The position numbers were made by a program, and so were the translations under genes. From the NCBI GenBank assembly GCA_963823035.1, contig CAWGKG010000017.1, positions 192,001-256,000 of the forward strand: 64,000 bases of DNA, written 5' to 3'. The notes beneath the pieces are model-generated. The model did not search any database and was not told where the DNA came from. It saw nothing but the letters and a program-made list of their open reading frames with translations. Source of the DNA: an uncultured Gemmatimonadales bacterium. GTDB lineage: Bacteria > Gemmatimonadota > Gemmatimonadetes > Longimicrobiales > Gaopeijiaceae. The first letter of the stretch is position 1; every line of letters starts with the position of its first letter. Positions 17,951 through 28,246 of the stretch are shown piece by piece.

Positions 17951-20900
17951 ATGAAGACGATGCGGACCCCTCTGCTCGCCTGCGCTGCTCTTGCGCTCCT
18001 CCTCCAGCTCACGCCGCAGCCGACGCTCGCGCAGAACGAGGCAGCGGACACGGCTGCCGCCCGCAAGAAGCGCGAGCAGGTGTCCCTACCACTCGAAGCC
18101 GCGCGCAGCGTGCACCTCGCGACCGACGAGGGCACATGGATTTCCGTGGACGTGAGCCCGGACGGAAAGACCCTGGTGTTCGACCTCCTCGGGGACCTCT
18201 ACTCGCTGCCGCTCTCCGGCGGCTCGGCGACGCGCATCACGAGCGGGCTCGCCTTCGATGCCCAACCGCGCTTCAGCCCCGACGGGGCGAAGGTCCTCTT
18301 CGTGTCGGACCGCAGCGGCGGAGAGAACCTGTGGACCCTGGATCTGGCCAGCGGCGACACGACGCAGATCACCAAGGGGAACGGTGACAGCTGGATGTCG
18401 CCGGACTGGGCGCCCGACGGCAAGTACGTGGTGGCGTCCAAGGCGGAGACGCGTCTCGGCGTGCACCGCCTCTGGATGGGCCACGTCGACGGGGGCGCCG
18501 GGAAGGTGCTCCGCCCGGAGCCCGAGACCCTCAAGACGATCGGCGCGGCGGTGTCACCCGACGGCCGCTACGTCTGGCACGCCCAGCGCACCGGCTCGTT
18601 CGCGTACAACGCGCAGTTGCCCGAATACCAGCTGGCCGTCTACGACCGCGAGACCGGAGAGACGTTCGGACGCACCTCGCGCTACGGCTCCGCCTTCCGG
18701 CCCACGCTGTCGCCCGACGGCAAATGGCTCGTCTACGGCACGCGCCACGAGAACCAGACGGGGCTGCGCCTCCGCGACCTGACCAACGGAAACGAGCGGT
18801 GGCTCGCCTATCCGGTCACCCGCGACGAGCAGGAGTCCATCGCCGATCGCGACGTCTATCCCGGCATGGACTTCACGCCGGACTCACGGGAGGTCGTCGC
18901 GTCGTACGGCGGCAAGATCTGGCGCATCCCGGTCGACGGCTCCGCGCCCGTCGCCGTGCCGATGCACGTCGAGGCGGACGTCGCGGTCGGGCCCGAGCTG
19001 GCGTTCGACTATCCGATCGAGGACGCGCCGCAGTTCACGGTCCGCCAGATCCGCGACGCCGTTCCGTCTCCGGACGGCTCGAAGCTCGCGTTCACGGCCC
19101 TCGACGAGCTGTACGTGATGGACTTCCCGGACGGCACGCCGCGACGCCTCGCCGCTCAGGAGGGGCTCGTGCAGGCCGAGCCGGCGTGGTCGCCCGACGG
19201 TCAGTGGCTCGCGTGGGCGACCTGGAACGAGCAGGGCGGACAGATCTTCAAGGCCCGTGCGGACGGCAGCGGCGGCCCGCAGCAGCTCACGCAGCGCGCC
19301 GCACAGTACCAGCAGCCCGCATGGAGCACGGCGGGCGATCGCATCGTCGCGTTGCGCAACCCCGCCCGCGCGTTCGAGGAGTCGGTCGGGCCCGGCTTCG
19401 GCGGCGCCGAGATGGACATCGTCCAGGTGCCCGCCGCGGGCGGTGAGGCGACGCTCGTGGCCCCGGCCGAGGGGCGGGAGCATCCGCACTTCGTGCACGG
19501 GTCGGACCGCATCTACCTGTACCACGGCCAGAAGGGGCTGGTCTCGATCCGCTTCGACGGCACGGACGAGAAGGCGCACGTGAAGGTCACGGGCGCGACC
19601 CGCCCGGGACAGAAGCAGCCGGACCGCGCGGACGTGGTGATCATGGCGCCCGAAGGCGATCAGGCGCTCGCCCAGGTGCACAACGACCTGTACGTGGTGA
19701 CCGTGCCGAAGCTCGGCGGCGAGGCCCCGACGATCTCCGTGGCGAACCCGGAGAACGCCGCCTTCCCGGCGCGGAGGCTCACGGACATCGGCGGGCAGTT
19801 CCCCGCGTGGTCCGGCGACGGGCACGAGGTCCACTGGTCGGTCGGCAACGGGCATTTCGTCTACGATCTCGACGCCGCGAAGGCACACGACGACAGCGTC
19901 GCCGCGGCGAAGAAGGCCGCCGGCGAACAGGCGGATTCAGCGTCCGCGAAGAAGGACGAGAGCGCGGGGTACGAGCCACTCGAGCGGCGGATCCGTATCC
20001 AGGCCACGCGTGACATCCCCAGGGGCATCGTCGTGCTCCGAGGCGCTCGCGTGGTGACGATGAACGGCGACGAGGTGATCGAGAACGCGGACATCGTGGT
20101 GCGGAACAACCGCATCGCCGGCGTGGGTGCGCGCGGCTCCGTCGACGTGCCGTCGGACGCGCAGATCGTCGACGTGGCAGGAAAGACGATCGTTCCGGGC
20201 TTCGTCGATACACACAGCCACATGTGGCCCGCGTGGGGGATCCACAAGACGCAGGAGTGGATCTACCTGGCCAACCTCGCGTACGGCGTCACGACCACTC
20301 GGGACCCGCAGACGTCCACCACGGACGTGCTCACCTACTCGGACCTGGTGACGGCGGGCCGGATGCTCGGGCCGCGCGTGTACTCCACGGGCCCGGGGAT
20401 CTTCGGCGACTACGTCGAGGACGGCATCAAGAGCCTGGACCAGGCCCGCGACATCGTGCGTCGCTACAGCGACTACTACGACACGAAGTACGTGAAGATG
20501 TACATGGCCGGGAACCGCCAGGTACGACAGTGGATCATCCAGGCGGCCCGGGAACACCACCTGAAGCCGACCACCGAGGGTGGGCTCCAGTTCATGTACG
20601 ACCTGACGATGGCGCTGGACGGCTATCCCGGTCAGGAGCACGCGCTGCCCATCGCGCCGATCTACGGCGACGTCGTGAAGCTCTACTCGGGCATCGGCAT
20701 CACCTACACACCGACGCTGCTCGTGTCGTACGGCGGGCCGTGGGCGGAGAACTACTACTACTCGCGCGAGAACCCGCACGACGACGCCAAGCTCGCGTAC
20801 TTCACGGCGCACGAGGAGCTCGACCAGAAGAGCCGGCGCCGCCCCGGGTGGTTCCGGGACGACGAGCACGTCTTCCCGCTCCACGCCGCGGGCGCGAAGA

Positions 20901-21286
20901 AGATCGTCGAGGCGGGCGGGCGCATCGGCATCGGCAGCCACGGGCAGCTCCAGGGCCTCGGCTACCATTGGGAGCTGTGGTCGATGCAGTCGGGCGGCAT
21001 GAGCACGATGAACGCGCTGCGCACCGCGACCATCCTCGGTGCCGAGGGCCTCGGCCTCGAGAAGGACGTCGGCTCCCTCGTTGCCGGGAAGCTCGCGGAC
21101 CTCGTCGTGCTGGACGCCAATCCCCTCGACGACATCCGCAACACGAACACGATCCGGTACGTGATGAAGAACGGAAGGCTGTACGAGGGCGACACGCTCG
21201 ACGAGGTGTGGCCACGACAGCTGCCGTTGAAGCGGACCGACTGGGTCGTGGCGGAGCCGGACACGAGGGCGGGGATGGGGCGGTAG
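17951..21286 (+). CDS. Secreted amidohydrolase with N-terminal PD40/TolB-like beta-propellers
   Basis: Signal peptide, repeated SPDG motifs, PGFVDTHSH, GVTTTRDP, GSHGQLQG, GSLVAGKLADLVVLDANPL. Confidence 0.93.
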   Translation: MKTMRTPLLACAALALLLQLTPQPTLAQNEAADTAAARKKREQVSLPLEAARSVHLATDEGTWISVDVSPDGKTLVFDLLGDLYSLPLSGGSATRITSGLAFDAQPRFSPDGAKVLFVSDRSGGENLWTLDLASGDTTQITKGNGDSWMSPDWAPDGKYVVASKAETRLGVHRLWMGHVDGGAGKVLRPEPETLKTIGAAVSPDGRYVWHAQRTGSFAYNAQLPEYQLAVYDRETGETFGRTSRYGSAFRPTLSPDGKWLVYGTRHENQTGLRLRDLTNGNERWLAYPVTRDEQESIADRDVYPGMDFTPDSREVVASYGGKIWRIPVDGSAPVAVPMHVEADVAVGPELAFDYPIEDAPQFTVRQIRDAVPSPDGSKLAFTALDELYVMDFPDGTPRRLAAQEGLVQAEPAWSPDGQWLAWATWNEQGGQIFKARADGSGGPQQLTQRAAQYQQPAWSTAGDRIVALRNPARAFEESVGPGFGGAEMDIVQVPAAGGEATLVAPAEGREHPHFVHGSDRIYLYHGQKGLVSIRFDGTDEKAHVKVTGATRPGQKQPDRADVVIMAPEGDQALAQVHNDLYVVTVPKLGGEAPTISVANPENAAFPARRLTDIGGQFPAWSGDGHEVHWSVGNGHFVYDLDAAKAHDDSVAAAKKAAGEQADSASAKKDESAGYEPLERRIRIQATRDIPRGIVVLRGARVVTMNGDEVIENADIVVRNNRIAGVGARGSVDVPSDAQIVDVAGKTIVPGFVDTHSHMWPAWGIHKTQEWIYLANLAYGVTTTRDPQTSTTDVLTYSDLVTAGRMLGPRVYSTGPGIFGDYVEDGIKSLDQARDIVRRYSDYYDTKYVKMYMAGNRQVRQWIIQAAREHHLKPTTEGGLQFMYDLTMALDGYPGQEHALPIAPIYGDVVKLYSGIGITYTPTLLVSYGGPWAENYYYSRENPHDDAKLAYFTAHEELDQKSRRRPGWFRDDEHVFPLHAAGAKKIVEAGGRIGIGSHGQLQGLGYHWELWSMQSGGMSTMNALRTATILGAEGLGLEKDVGSLVAGKLADLVVLDANPLDDIRNTNTIRYVMKNGRLYEGDTLDEVWPRQLPLKRTDWVVAEPDTRAGMGR

Positions 21287-21300
21287 CGGAGCGCCGAGCC

Positions 21301-22542
21301 GTGACGGACGTCGACCGCAGGGCCTTTCTCCGGTGGCTGGCCGCGAGCCCCCTCGCCGCCGGGCTGTGGGGGTGCGTGGCGCCCGACCCGGGCCCCCGGC
21401 GCAGCGAAGCGGCGGCGGAGAGCCTCTCCGGGGCGGTCCCCGGGGAGCCACCGCTCGCCATGCTCCCCGGCGACGCACTGGACGTGTTCGACCTCGAGCG
21501 CGTGGCGGCCGGCAACGTCCCCGTCGCCCACTGGGCCTACCTGCAGACGGGTACGGACGGTGAGACGACGCTACACCGCAATCGCGAGGGCTTCGAGCGC
21601 CTCTACGTGCGACCGCGCAGGCTCCGCGGGGTGGCGGAGGTGGACACGCGCACCGCGCTCTTCGGGCGAAGCTGGCCGACTCCGTTGGTGCTCGCGCCCG
21701 CAGGCAGCCACCGGGCCTTCCACCCCGACGCCGAGCCGGGCGTGGCACGCGCGGCCGCGGCGCGCGACCATCTGATGGTCCTGTCGAACGTGGCCTCCAC
21801 GTCCGTGGAGGAGGTGAATCGGGCGCGGGGTGAGCCGGTCTGGTTCCAACTCTACGCCTCTGGGAGCTGGAACGTGAACGAGGCGCTCCTCCGTCGCGTG
21901 GAGGCGGCGGGTTGCCCCGCGCTCGTGCTCACGGTGGACAATCCCGGCGGGGCCAACCGCATCACCGCGGAGCGGGGGAGGAGGGCGGACGACCGTCCCT
22001 GCGCGACCTGTCACACCGAGGGCGGGATGGCCCCTCCCGTGAAGCCGAACTACCGGGGCCTGCCGGAGCCGGAGGGCACGGCCGGTCGGGACGCGCTGAC
22101 CTGGGACTTCGTGGCACGCCTCCGTGACGCCACCCGGATGACGCTGCTCCTCAAGGGGATCGTGACGGGAGAGGACGCCGCGCGCTGCCTGAGCTATGGG
22201 GTGGACGGCGTGTGGGTGTCGAACCACGGCGGCCGGACCGACCCCAGCGGACAGGCCACGATCGACGCGCTCCCCGAGGTGGTCCGGGAGGTGGGCGGGC
22301 GCGTTCCGGTCATCATGGACAGCGGGGTCCGCCGCGGCGCGGATATCTTCAAGGCACTCGCCCGTGGGGCGGACGCCGTGGCGATCGGACGACCCTACCT
22401 CTGGGGGTTGGGCGCCTTCGGCCAGGCCGGCGTGGAGCGCGCCCTCGAGATCCTGGACCACGAGCTCGTGCTGACGATGCGCGCGGCGGGCACGCCGAAG
22501 ATCGAGGACATAGCCCCGTCGCTCGTCGCCGGTCCCGCGTAG
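21301..22542 (+). CDS. FMN-dependent alpha-hydroxy acid oxidase/dehydrogenase with Tat lipoprotein signal
   Basis: DRRAFL...LWGC; WFQLY, LTVD, LLKGI, VSNHGGR, DSGVRRGADIFKALARGA, GRPYLWGL. Confidence 0.93.
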   Translation: MTDVDRRAFLRWLAASPLAAGLWGCVAPDPGPRRSEAAAESLSGAVPGEPPLAMLPGDALDVFDLERVAAGNVPVAHWAYLQTGTDGETTLHRNREGFERLYVRPRRLRGVAEVDTRTALFGRSWPTPLVLAPAGSHRAFHPDAEPGVARAAAARDHLMVLSNVASTSVEEVNRARGEPVWFQLYASGSWNVNEALLRRVEAAGCPALVLTVDNPGGANRITAERGRRADDRPCATCHTEGGMAPPVKPNYRGLPEPEGTAGRDALTWDFVARLRDATRMTLLLKGIVTGEDAARCLSYGVDGVWVSNHGGRTDPSGQATIDALPEVVREVGGRVPVIMDSGVRRGADIFKALARGADAVAIGRPYLWGLGAFGQAGVERALEILDHELVLTMRAAGTPKIEDIAPSLVAGPA

Positions 22543-22572
22543 TCGTCGCGGCGCCGTGCGCGCCGCCCCGTC

Positions 22573-22856
22573 GTGCGGGCGATGTCCGTCGTGCCGTTGG
22601 CCCTCGCCGCCGGCGCGTGTGCCAAGTCCTCGACGGACCCCCTCGAAGAGGTCCCCGAGCAAACGGCGACAACCGGGGCTCTCTGGCCATCCATGCGTAC
22701 GACGCGTCGGGCCAGCTCCAGGGCGTCGTGGAAGCCGGCGGCGCGCGCTACGTCTACGCGGTGGACGTGGACGAGGCGGCGGAGACCGTGACGTTCCGCG
22801 GACAGGACGACCGCACGGTCACGATGACGTGGGAGGAGCTGCGGGCGCTGCGCTGA
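22573..22856 (+). CDS. Small hypothetical lipoprotein (frameshift near 22660)
   Basis: LALAAGAC lipobox, then in another frame a beta-rich DNRGSLAIHAYDASGQLQGVVEAGGARYVYAVDVD...TWEELRALR. Confidence 0.45.
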
Positions 22857-22917
22857 GCCGGATGACGGGGAGGGAGCGGGACCGGCCTCCCCGGGGCCAG
22901 CATCGGTAGACCTGCGC

Positions 22918-23460
22918 TCAGTTCATGGAGGGGTCGAACGGCATCCGGGAGAGCCGCCTGTACGCCGGACCCTTCCGCTCGAGGATGCGGCTCCAGAGGC
23001 CGTCGGGGTCGTCCGTGAAGACGTCCTCCTCTCGGGCGGGCTCGACGATCCAGGAGTTCTGCTCCATCTCGGCTTCGAGCTGACCCGGTCCCCAACCCGA
23101 GTAGCCCGCGAACACGCGCGCCCTGCGGATGCCGGCGCGGACGTCGTCGGGCACCTCGCCGATCAGGAACCCGATCGAGCCGAAGATCAGCACGTCGACC
23201 AGCTCGGGGTGCACGACCTCGGCGACGACCACGGAGTGCGAGGGCTGGACAGGCCCGCCCTGGAAGAGCGGCTCGTCGGGATCCACGAGGGAGGCCAGGG
23301 GTGGGACGGCCTTCGCGACGGTGACGTCGAGCGGGCGGTTGAGGACGAAGCCGAGCGCCCCCTCGGCGTTGTGCTCGCCCATCAACACCACGGTGTGGCG
23401 GAAGTTCGGGTCGAACAGGCCCCCGCTCGAGATGATCAGATGGCCCTTCAAGCTCCTCAT
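22918..23460 (-). CDS. YqgE/AlgH family protein
   Basis: DPNFRHTVVL...GALGFVLNRP, FQGGPV, RVFAGYSGWGPGQLEAEM...W, MPFDPSMN. Confidence 0.95.
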   Translation of the reverse strand: MRSLKGHLIISSGGLFDPNFRHTVVLMGEHNAEGALGFVLNRPLDVTVAKAVPPLASLVDPDEPLFQGGPVQPSHSVVVAEVVHPELVDVLIFGSIGFLIGEVPDDVRAGIRRARVFAGYSGWGPGQLEAEMEQNSWIVEPAREEDVFTDDPDGLWSRILERKGPAYRRLSRMPFDPSMN

Positions 23461-23686
23461 GGTCTTCACGCGCTTCGAGTAGGAATGAGGCCCGCGTGCG
23501 ACAAGGGCTTCTCGAACGTAGGGAGCTCCGTCGAAGGAGCAAGGCGGTCGCGGCGGGAGGGGCCGTCGGACTGACATACGGTTTTTCGATGTCTGCCGCC
23601 GTCGTCTATGTTTCGTGACCCGTGGCACGGTTGCCGTGGCCCCGCCATCGCGCCGGCCCGCGCACACCATCGAGAGGAGGTGGCCC

Positions 23687-24397
23687 GTGGAGGAAGTCGG
23701 GTGCGCCCGACCGACGGGAGGACCCGTCGGGGGTGCGTCGAAAGGCGAAGAGGGGTCATCCCATGACCTATCGACCAGGATGGAGAAGAGCATGATCAAG
23801 GTCGGCCAGAAGGCGCCGGACTTCACGGCGCCCGCGTTCCACGAAGGGAAGTTCGGTTCCGTGCAAGCTCTCGGACTATCTGGGAAAGTGGGTTGTCCTG
23901 TGCTTCTATCCGGGCGACTACACCTTCGTCTGAGCAACGGAAGTGTCGGCGGTCGCCGACAAGCATGGTGCGTTCCGGAAGCTCGGTGTGGAGGTGCTGT
24001 CCATGAGCGTGGACAGCGTCTTCGTGCACAAGATGTGGAACGAGACCGAGCTGTCGAAGATGGTGGACGGCGGGCGTGCCGTTCCCATGTTGTCCGACGC
24101 CGGCGGGAAGGTCGGTGAGGTCTACGGTGTCTACGACGAGGACGCGGGCGTGGACACGCGCGGCCGATTCCTCATCGATCCCGACGGCGTGGTCCAGGCG
24201 TTCGAGGTCCTGACGCCCCCGGTGGGGCGGAACGTGGCGAGACGTTGCGCCAGATCCAGGCCTTCCAACTCGTCCGTGAGACGGGCGGCGCCGAGGCCAC
24301 GCCCTCGGGGTGGCGGCCTGGCCAGCCCACGCTCAAGCCGGGTCCCGCCCTGGTGGGACGCGTATGGGAGGTGTGGAAGCCCGGAAAGGAGGGATGA
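23687..24397 (+). CDS. prxU: Selenocysteine-containing peroxiredoxin PrxU (in-frame UGA 23931-23933; three indels)
   Basis: GAGGAGG RBS; GCARPTGGPVG N-terminus; VGQKAPDFTAPA; GKWVVLCFYPGDYTFV-TGA-ATEV; SVDSVFVHKMW; RGRFLIDPDG; VGRNV; EATPSGWRPG. Confidence 0.92.
23931..23961 (+). promoter_or_regulatory. Bacterial SECIS element
   Basis: After the TGA, stem TGTCGGC (23944-23950) / GCCGACA (23955-23961) with a GGTC apical loop beginning 18 nt after the UGA. Confidence 0.85.
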
Positions 24398-24498
24398 ACC
24401 GGCCCGGACGGGGGACCGCGCCGCGTCTACCCTCTCCGGTCCGTAGAGAGGTCCACGCGCGCGCGACGGACCCGAGCTCCGAACCGGAAGGTGTGCCC

Positions 24499-26154
24499 AT
24501 GTCCCGTCGTCCCGCCGCGCTTCGGCGCCACCTTCTGCTCGGGCTCGTCGCGCTCTGCGTCGCCGCCTGCTCGGCCGCCGAGTCGGCGCGTAGCCCTGGA
24601 AGCTACGACGACCTGGTCGCGCTCTTCCGCGAGTGGCGCGCGTTCCAGTCACCCGATGTGATCGACGGCGTACCGGACTACTCGCGGGAGGCCATGGCGG
24701 CGCAGGTCGAGGCCCTTCCCCGGTGGAGGGCCCGCCTCGACGCGATCGACCCGCAAGGCTGGCCGGTGGCGCACGCGATCGACTGGCAGCTCGTGCGCGC
24801 GGAGATGAACGGTCTCGACTTCGATCAGCGCGTACGGCGGCCGTGGGAGCGGGATCCGGCGTTCTACGCGAACGTCTACGCCGAGCAGAGCGATGTGCCG
24901 GCGCACGAGGGCCCGACCATCGAGGGCTTCATCGACCTGTGGGCGTACGACTACCCGCTGTCCGCGTCCGACGCGGCGGAGCTGGCCGCACGCATCGGCG
25001 CGATCCCCCGCCTGCTCGACCACGCGCGCGTGAACCTGACCGGCAACGCGCGCGACCTGTGGCTGGCAGGCGACCGCTCGTTCGCCGAGCAGGCCGGCGC
25101 GCTGACCGACCTGGGCGAGCGGGTGGCCGGGACGAACGACGCGTTGGACGCGCTCGATCACGGCCGCGATCGAGGCCACGGAGTCGTTCCGGGGATGGCT
25201 GGCGGAGCAGGCCCCCTCGAAGACGGGGCCTTCCGGTGTCGGCAAGGAGAACTACACCTGGTATGCGCGTAACGTGCACCTCGTGCCGTGGTCGTGGGAG
25301 GAACAGGTCACGCTCATCCGTAGGGAGCTGGCCCGCGCGCACGCGTCGCTGCGGCTCGAGGAGCATCGCAACCGCGACCTGCCGCAGCTCGAGCGGATCC
25401 GGACGGCCGAGGAGTACGACCGGAGATTGAACGAGGCGGTGGACGACTACATGCGCTTCCTCGAGGAGGAGGAGATGCAGACGGTCGAGCCGTGGATGGA
25501 CCCGGCGCTACGCGCGCAGAACGGCTCGTTCACCCCCGCGGCGCCCGACGAGATCCGCAACTTCTTCAACGAGGTGAACTACCGGGACCCACTCGTGATG
25601 CGCACACACTCGCACCACTGGCTGGAGCTGGCGCGGATACGCGAGAACCCGCACCCGAGCCCGATCCGCAGCGCGCCGCCGATCTACAACATCTACGACG
25701 CGCGCTCGGAGGGGTTCGCGACCGGCGTGGAGGAGATGATGATGCACGCGGGGCTCTTCGACGACCGGCCGCGCTCTCGCGAGCTCGTGTGGGTGATGCT
25801 CGCCCAGCGGGCCGCGCGCGCGTTGAGCGGCCTCTACCTGCACGCCAACGAGTTCACGATGGACCAGGCGGTGGAGCACGCGGGCCGCTGGACGCCGCGC
25901 GGCTGGCTCCCCGAGGGTGACCTCGTCCGCTTCGAGCAGCACCTCTACCTGCGGCAGCCCGGGATACGGCACCAGCTACCTGACGGGGAAGATGCAGATC
26001 GAGCAGATCCTGGCCGAGGTCGCGCTCGAGCGGGGAGACGCGTTCACGATGAAGGGCTTCTTCGACGACTTCTTCGACACGGGCGTCATCCCGCTCCCGC
26101 TCGTGCGTTGGGAGCTGACCGGGTCCGGGACCCGATCCTGGTGGGACCCGGTGA
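24499..26154 (+). CDS. DUF885 family lipoprotein (frameshifted; 3' end approximate)
   Basis: Lipobox VAAC; RRPWERDPAFY; RSEGFATGVEE; YLRQPGYGTSYLTGK...GVIPLPLVRWEL. Confidence 0.8.
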
Positions 26155-27509
26155 GGAGGCGCCGCGGGCCGTCGCCCGGAAGGTGGGTAGGAGGAGCCAC
26201 GGAACTCGCCAAGCAGCTCGATCGGAGCCGCCTGCCCGCGCGGGGCGCGTACCTCGCGCTCCTGCTCCTGGCCACCCTCTCGTCCCTCCGCCTGGGCGGC
26301 CCGGGGCTGCAAGGGCTCGGCCGGATGCTGCATCCGTCCCTGTCCCCGCGGGACGTGATCGACGGAGCGCGCAACCTGGCGCTCTTCGCCGGATGGGGCC
26401 TGGTGTGGATGATCACGGCGCCCCCCGGACGCACGCTGACCTCGCTGCGCAACGCGGTCCTGTCGGGCGCCGGCGTGAGCACGGTCGTCGAGGGAGCGCA
26501 GCTCTTCTCGACCACACGCACCGCGAGCGTCCTGGACATCCTCACCAACACCGTGGGAGCGCTGCTTGGCGCCGCGGCGCTGGTGGCCCTGGTGATCACC
26601 GTGGCGTACCGGCGGCATGCCCGCTCCTTCGTGGGCCTGCCCGCGTTGGTGTTCGCGGGCGGGTACGGCGCCGCGTGCTTCGGTGAGGCGCTGGTCCCGC
26701 TCTTCCGCCAGACGGTCTACCCCAACGTGTACGGAGGCCCCCTCGGCCGTTTCCGTCTGGCATGGAGCATGTTCGACTGGAGCTCCCTGGGACGGATCCC
26801 GGGCACGGACCTCGTCTTGTTCGCCCCCGCCGGGGCCCTCGCGGTGGCTGCCCTCGTGGAGGCGGGTGCAGGCTACCGGAAATCGGCCGCCGTGGTGGGG
26901 GCGGCGGGTCTGGGGCTGGCGCTGATGGCCGAGGTCGGCCACGGGCTTCTGGGCCTGCCCATGGAAGCCGGCGCCGTGCTGGCGCACGCCGCCGGCGTGG
27001 CGGTGGGGGCAGCGGCCGCGGCCTGGGGACTGCCGTTCCTCTCCCGCAACCTCCGTGGGCGCGACCGCCCCGCCACCTTGGCGCTGGCCTATGGTGGCGT
27101 GCTCCTGCTGTGGGCGCTGCGACCGTACGTGCTCGAGCACTCGCTCGGTGCCGTGGGCGCGAAGCTGGTGGACGACTGGTGGATACCCCTGCGCTTCCTG
27201 GGGGCTCGGGTGGACATGTTCAGCGTGGTCGACGTGGTGTCGCCGTTCCTCCTGTACCTGCCGCTGGGCGGGCTCCTCGCGGTGTGGCCGCTCGCCCGCC
27301 GCGGGCCGCTGGCGCGCTTCTGGCCGGCGGTCTACCTCGCGGTCGCCTCCGAGCTCTGCCAGCTCGTGGTGCAAGGAAGGCTCCTCGACTCGACGGACAT
27401 CCTCGTGCAGGTCTCGGGCGTCGTCGTGGGGTGGACCGTGCTACGGCGCGCGGGCTTCGCGCAGCACGGGACCATGCTGCGCGGCGCTCGCGCAGCGCCT
27501 ACCGACTGA
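26151..27509 (+). CDS. VanZ-like multi-pass membrane protein
   Basis: Repeated VanZ-like units: NLALFAGWG...VEGAQLFSTTRTASVLDILTNTVGA, and FLLYLPLG...ELCQLVVQGRLLDSTDI. GTG start inferred. Confidence 0.75.
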   Translation: MRRRRGPSPGRWVGGATELAKQLDRSRLPARGAYLALLLLATLSSLRLGGPGLQGLGRMLHPSLSPRDVIDGARNLALFAGWGLVWMITAPPGRTLTSLRNAVLSGAGVSTVVEGAQLFSTTRTASVLDILTNTVGALLGAAALVALVITVAYRRHARSFVGLPALVFAGGYGAACFGEALVPLFRQTVYPNVYGGPLGRFRLAWSMFDWSSLGRIPGTDLVLFAPAGALAVAALVEAGAGYRKSAAVVGAAGLGLALMAEVGHGLLGLPMEAGAVLAHAAGVAVGAAAAAWGLPFLSRNLRGRDRPATLALAYGGVLLLWALRPYVLEHSLGAVGAKLVDDWWIPLRFLGARVDMFSVVDVVSPFLLYLPLGGLLAVWPLARRGPLARFWPAVYLAVASELCQLVVQGRLLDSTDILVQVSGVVVGWTVLRRAGFAQHGTMLRGARAAPTD

Positions 27510-27592
27510 GGCGATCCAGCAACAGGATATCGTGCCCGGTGGGGCGCGCGCTTCCGCCCAGCGAGCGCACGATCGATCCGCATACGCAAGAC

Positions 27593-28246
27593 TCACGGAT
27601 GGATTACTCCTCCCACCATCACATCCAGCACCCGCCGGGGCGTCATGTTGGTCGCCTGATCCCCGAAGTCCGCCCGCGACGTTCCGACCCTGACCCTGGC
27701 GGCGAAGTGGCGGGAGATCTCCCGCTCCAACCCGAGGCCGTAACGGAGCAGTCTCTGCTCGTCGCGTCGGCGGTACGTCTCCCGCGATCCTCGACGTCCA
27801 CCCCGAAGGCCCGACTCACCTCCGACAGGTAGAGATGGACGTTGGTCTCTCGGCCACGCCCGAGGGCCTGGCCCACCATGAGGTTCCAGTGCCGTTGGGT
27901 GCGGTTGCGGTAGGCCACCGCGAGGGGCCCGGAGGGGTCGCCGTTGGGAATCCCCCGCATGACGACGACGCCGAGGTCGAGCCCTCCACCAGGCCGAACG
28001 AGGTTCGTCGCCGTCCACGCGTGACCACGCGTCGCCGGGCCTGAGCCAGGGCGTCCATCCCCGACACGACTCTCCGCCGATGATGTTCTGCCACCCGGCG
28101 TCGAGGGCTACGAAGAGGCCGACCGAGCCCCTGGGTCGGGGGCCTGTGCGTGCGCTCCGCCCGGGAGTCCGCGGCAACGCGGTCGCGCAGACAAGGAGCG
28201 GAAGACCCGGGCGTCGGGCGCGTGGTATCGTCCCGACCCACCTCAT
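27593..28246 (-). CDS. Hypothetical exported protein, possibly outer-membrane beta-barrel (frameshifted)
   Basis: ATGA overlap with upstream stop; hydrophobic N-terminus; alternating beta-like segments (LLRYGLGLE, FAARVRVG, VLDVMVGGVIHP). Confidence 0.5.
   Translation of the reverse strand: MRWVGTIPRARRPGLPLLVCATALPRTPGRSARTGPRPRGSVGLFVALDAGWQNIIGGESCRGWTPWLRPGDAWSRVDGDEPRSAWWRARPRRRRHAGDSQRRPLRAPRGGLPQPHPTALEPHGGPGPRAWPRDQRPSLPVGGESGLRGGRRGSRETYRRRDEQRLLRYGLGLEREISRHFAARVRVGTSRADFGDQATNMTPRRVLDVMVGGVIHP

Noticed and set aside
23620..23642. Sigma54 promoter upstream of prxU (TGGCACGGTTGC)
   Set aside because: The GG-to-GC spacing does not fit the required GG-N10-GC.
25917..27509. DUF885-VanZ fusion ORF
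   Set aside because: Best explained by an indel near 26125-26150 joining two genes that overlap at GTGA 26151-26154.
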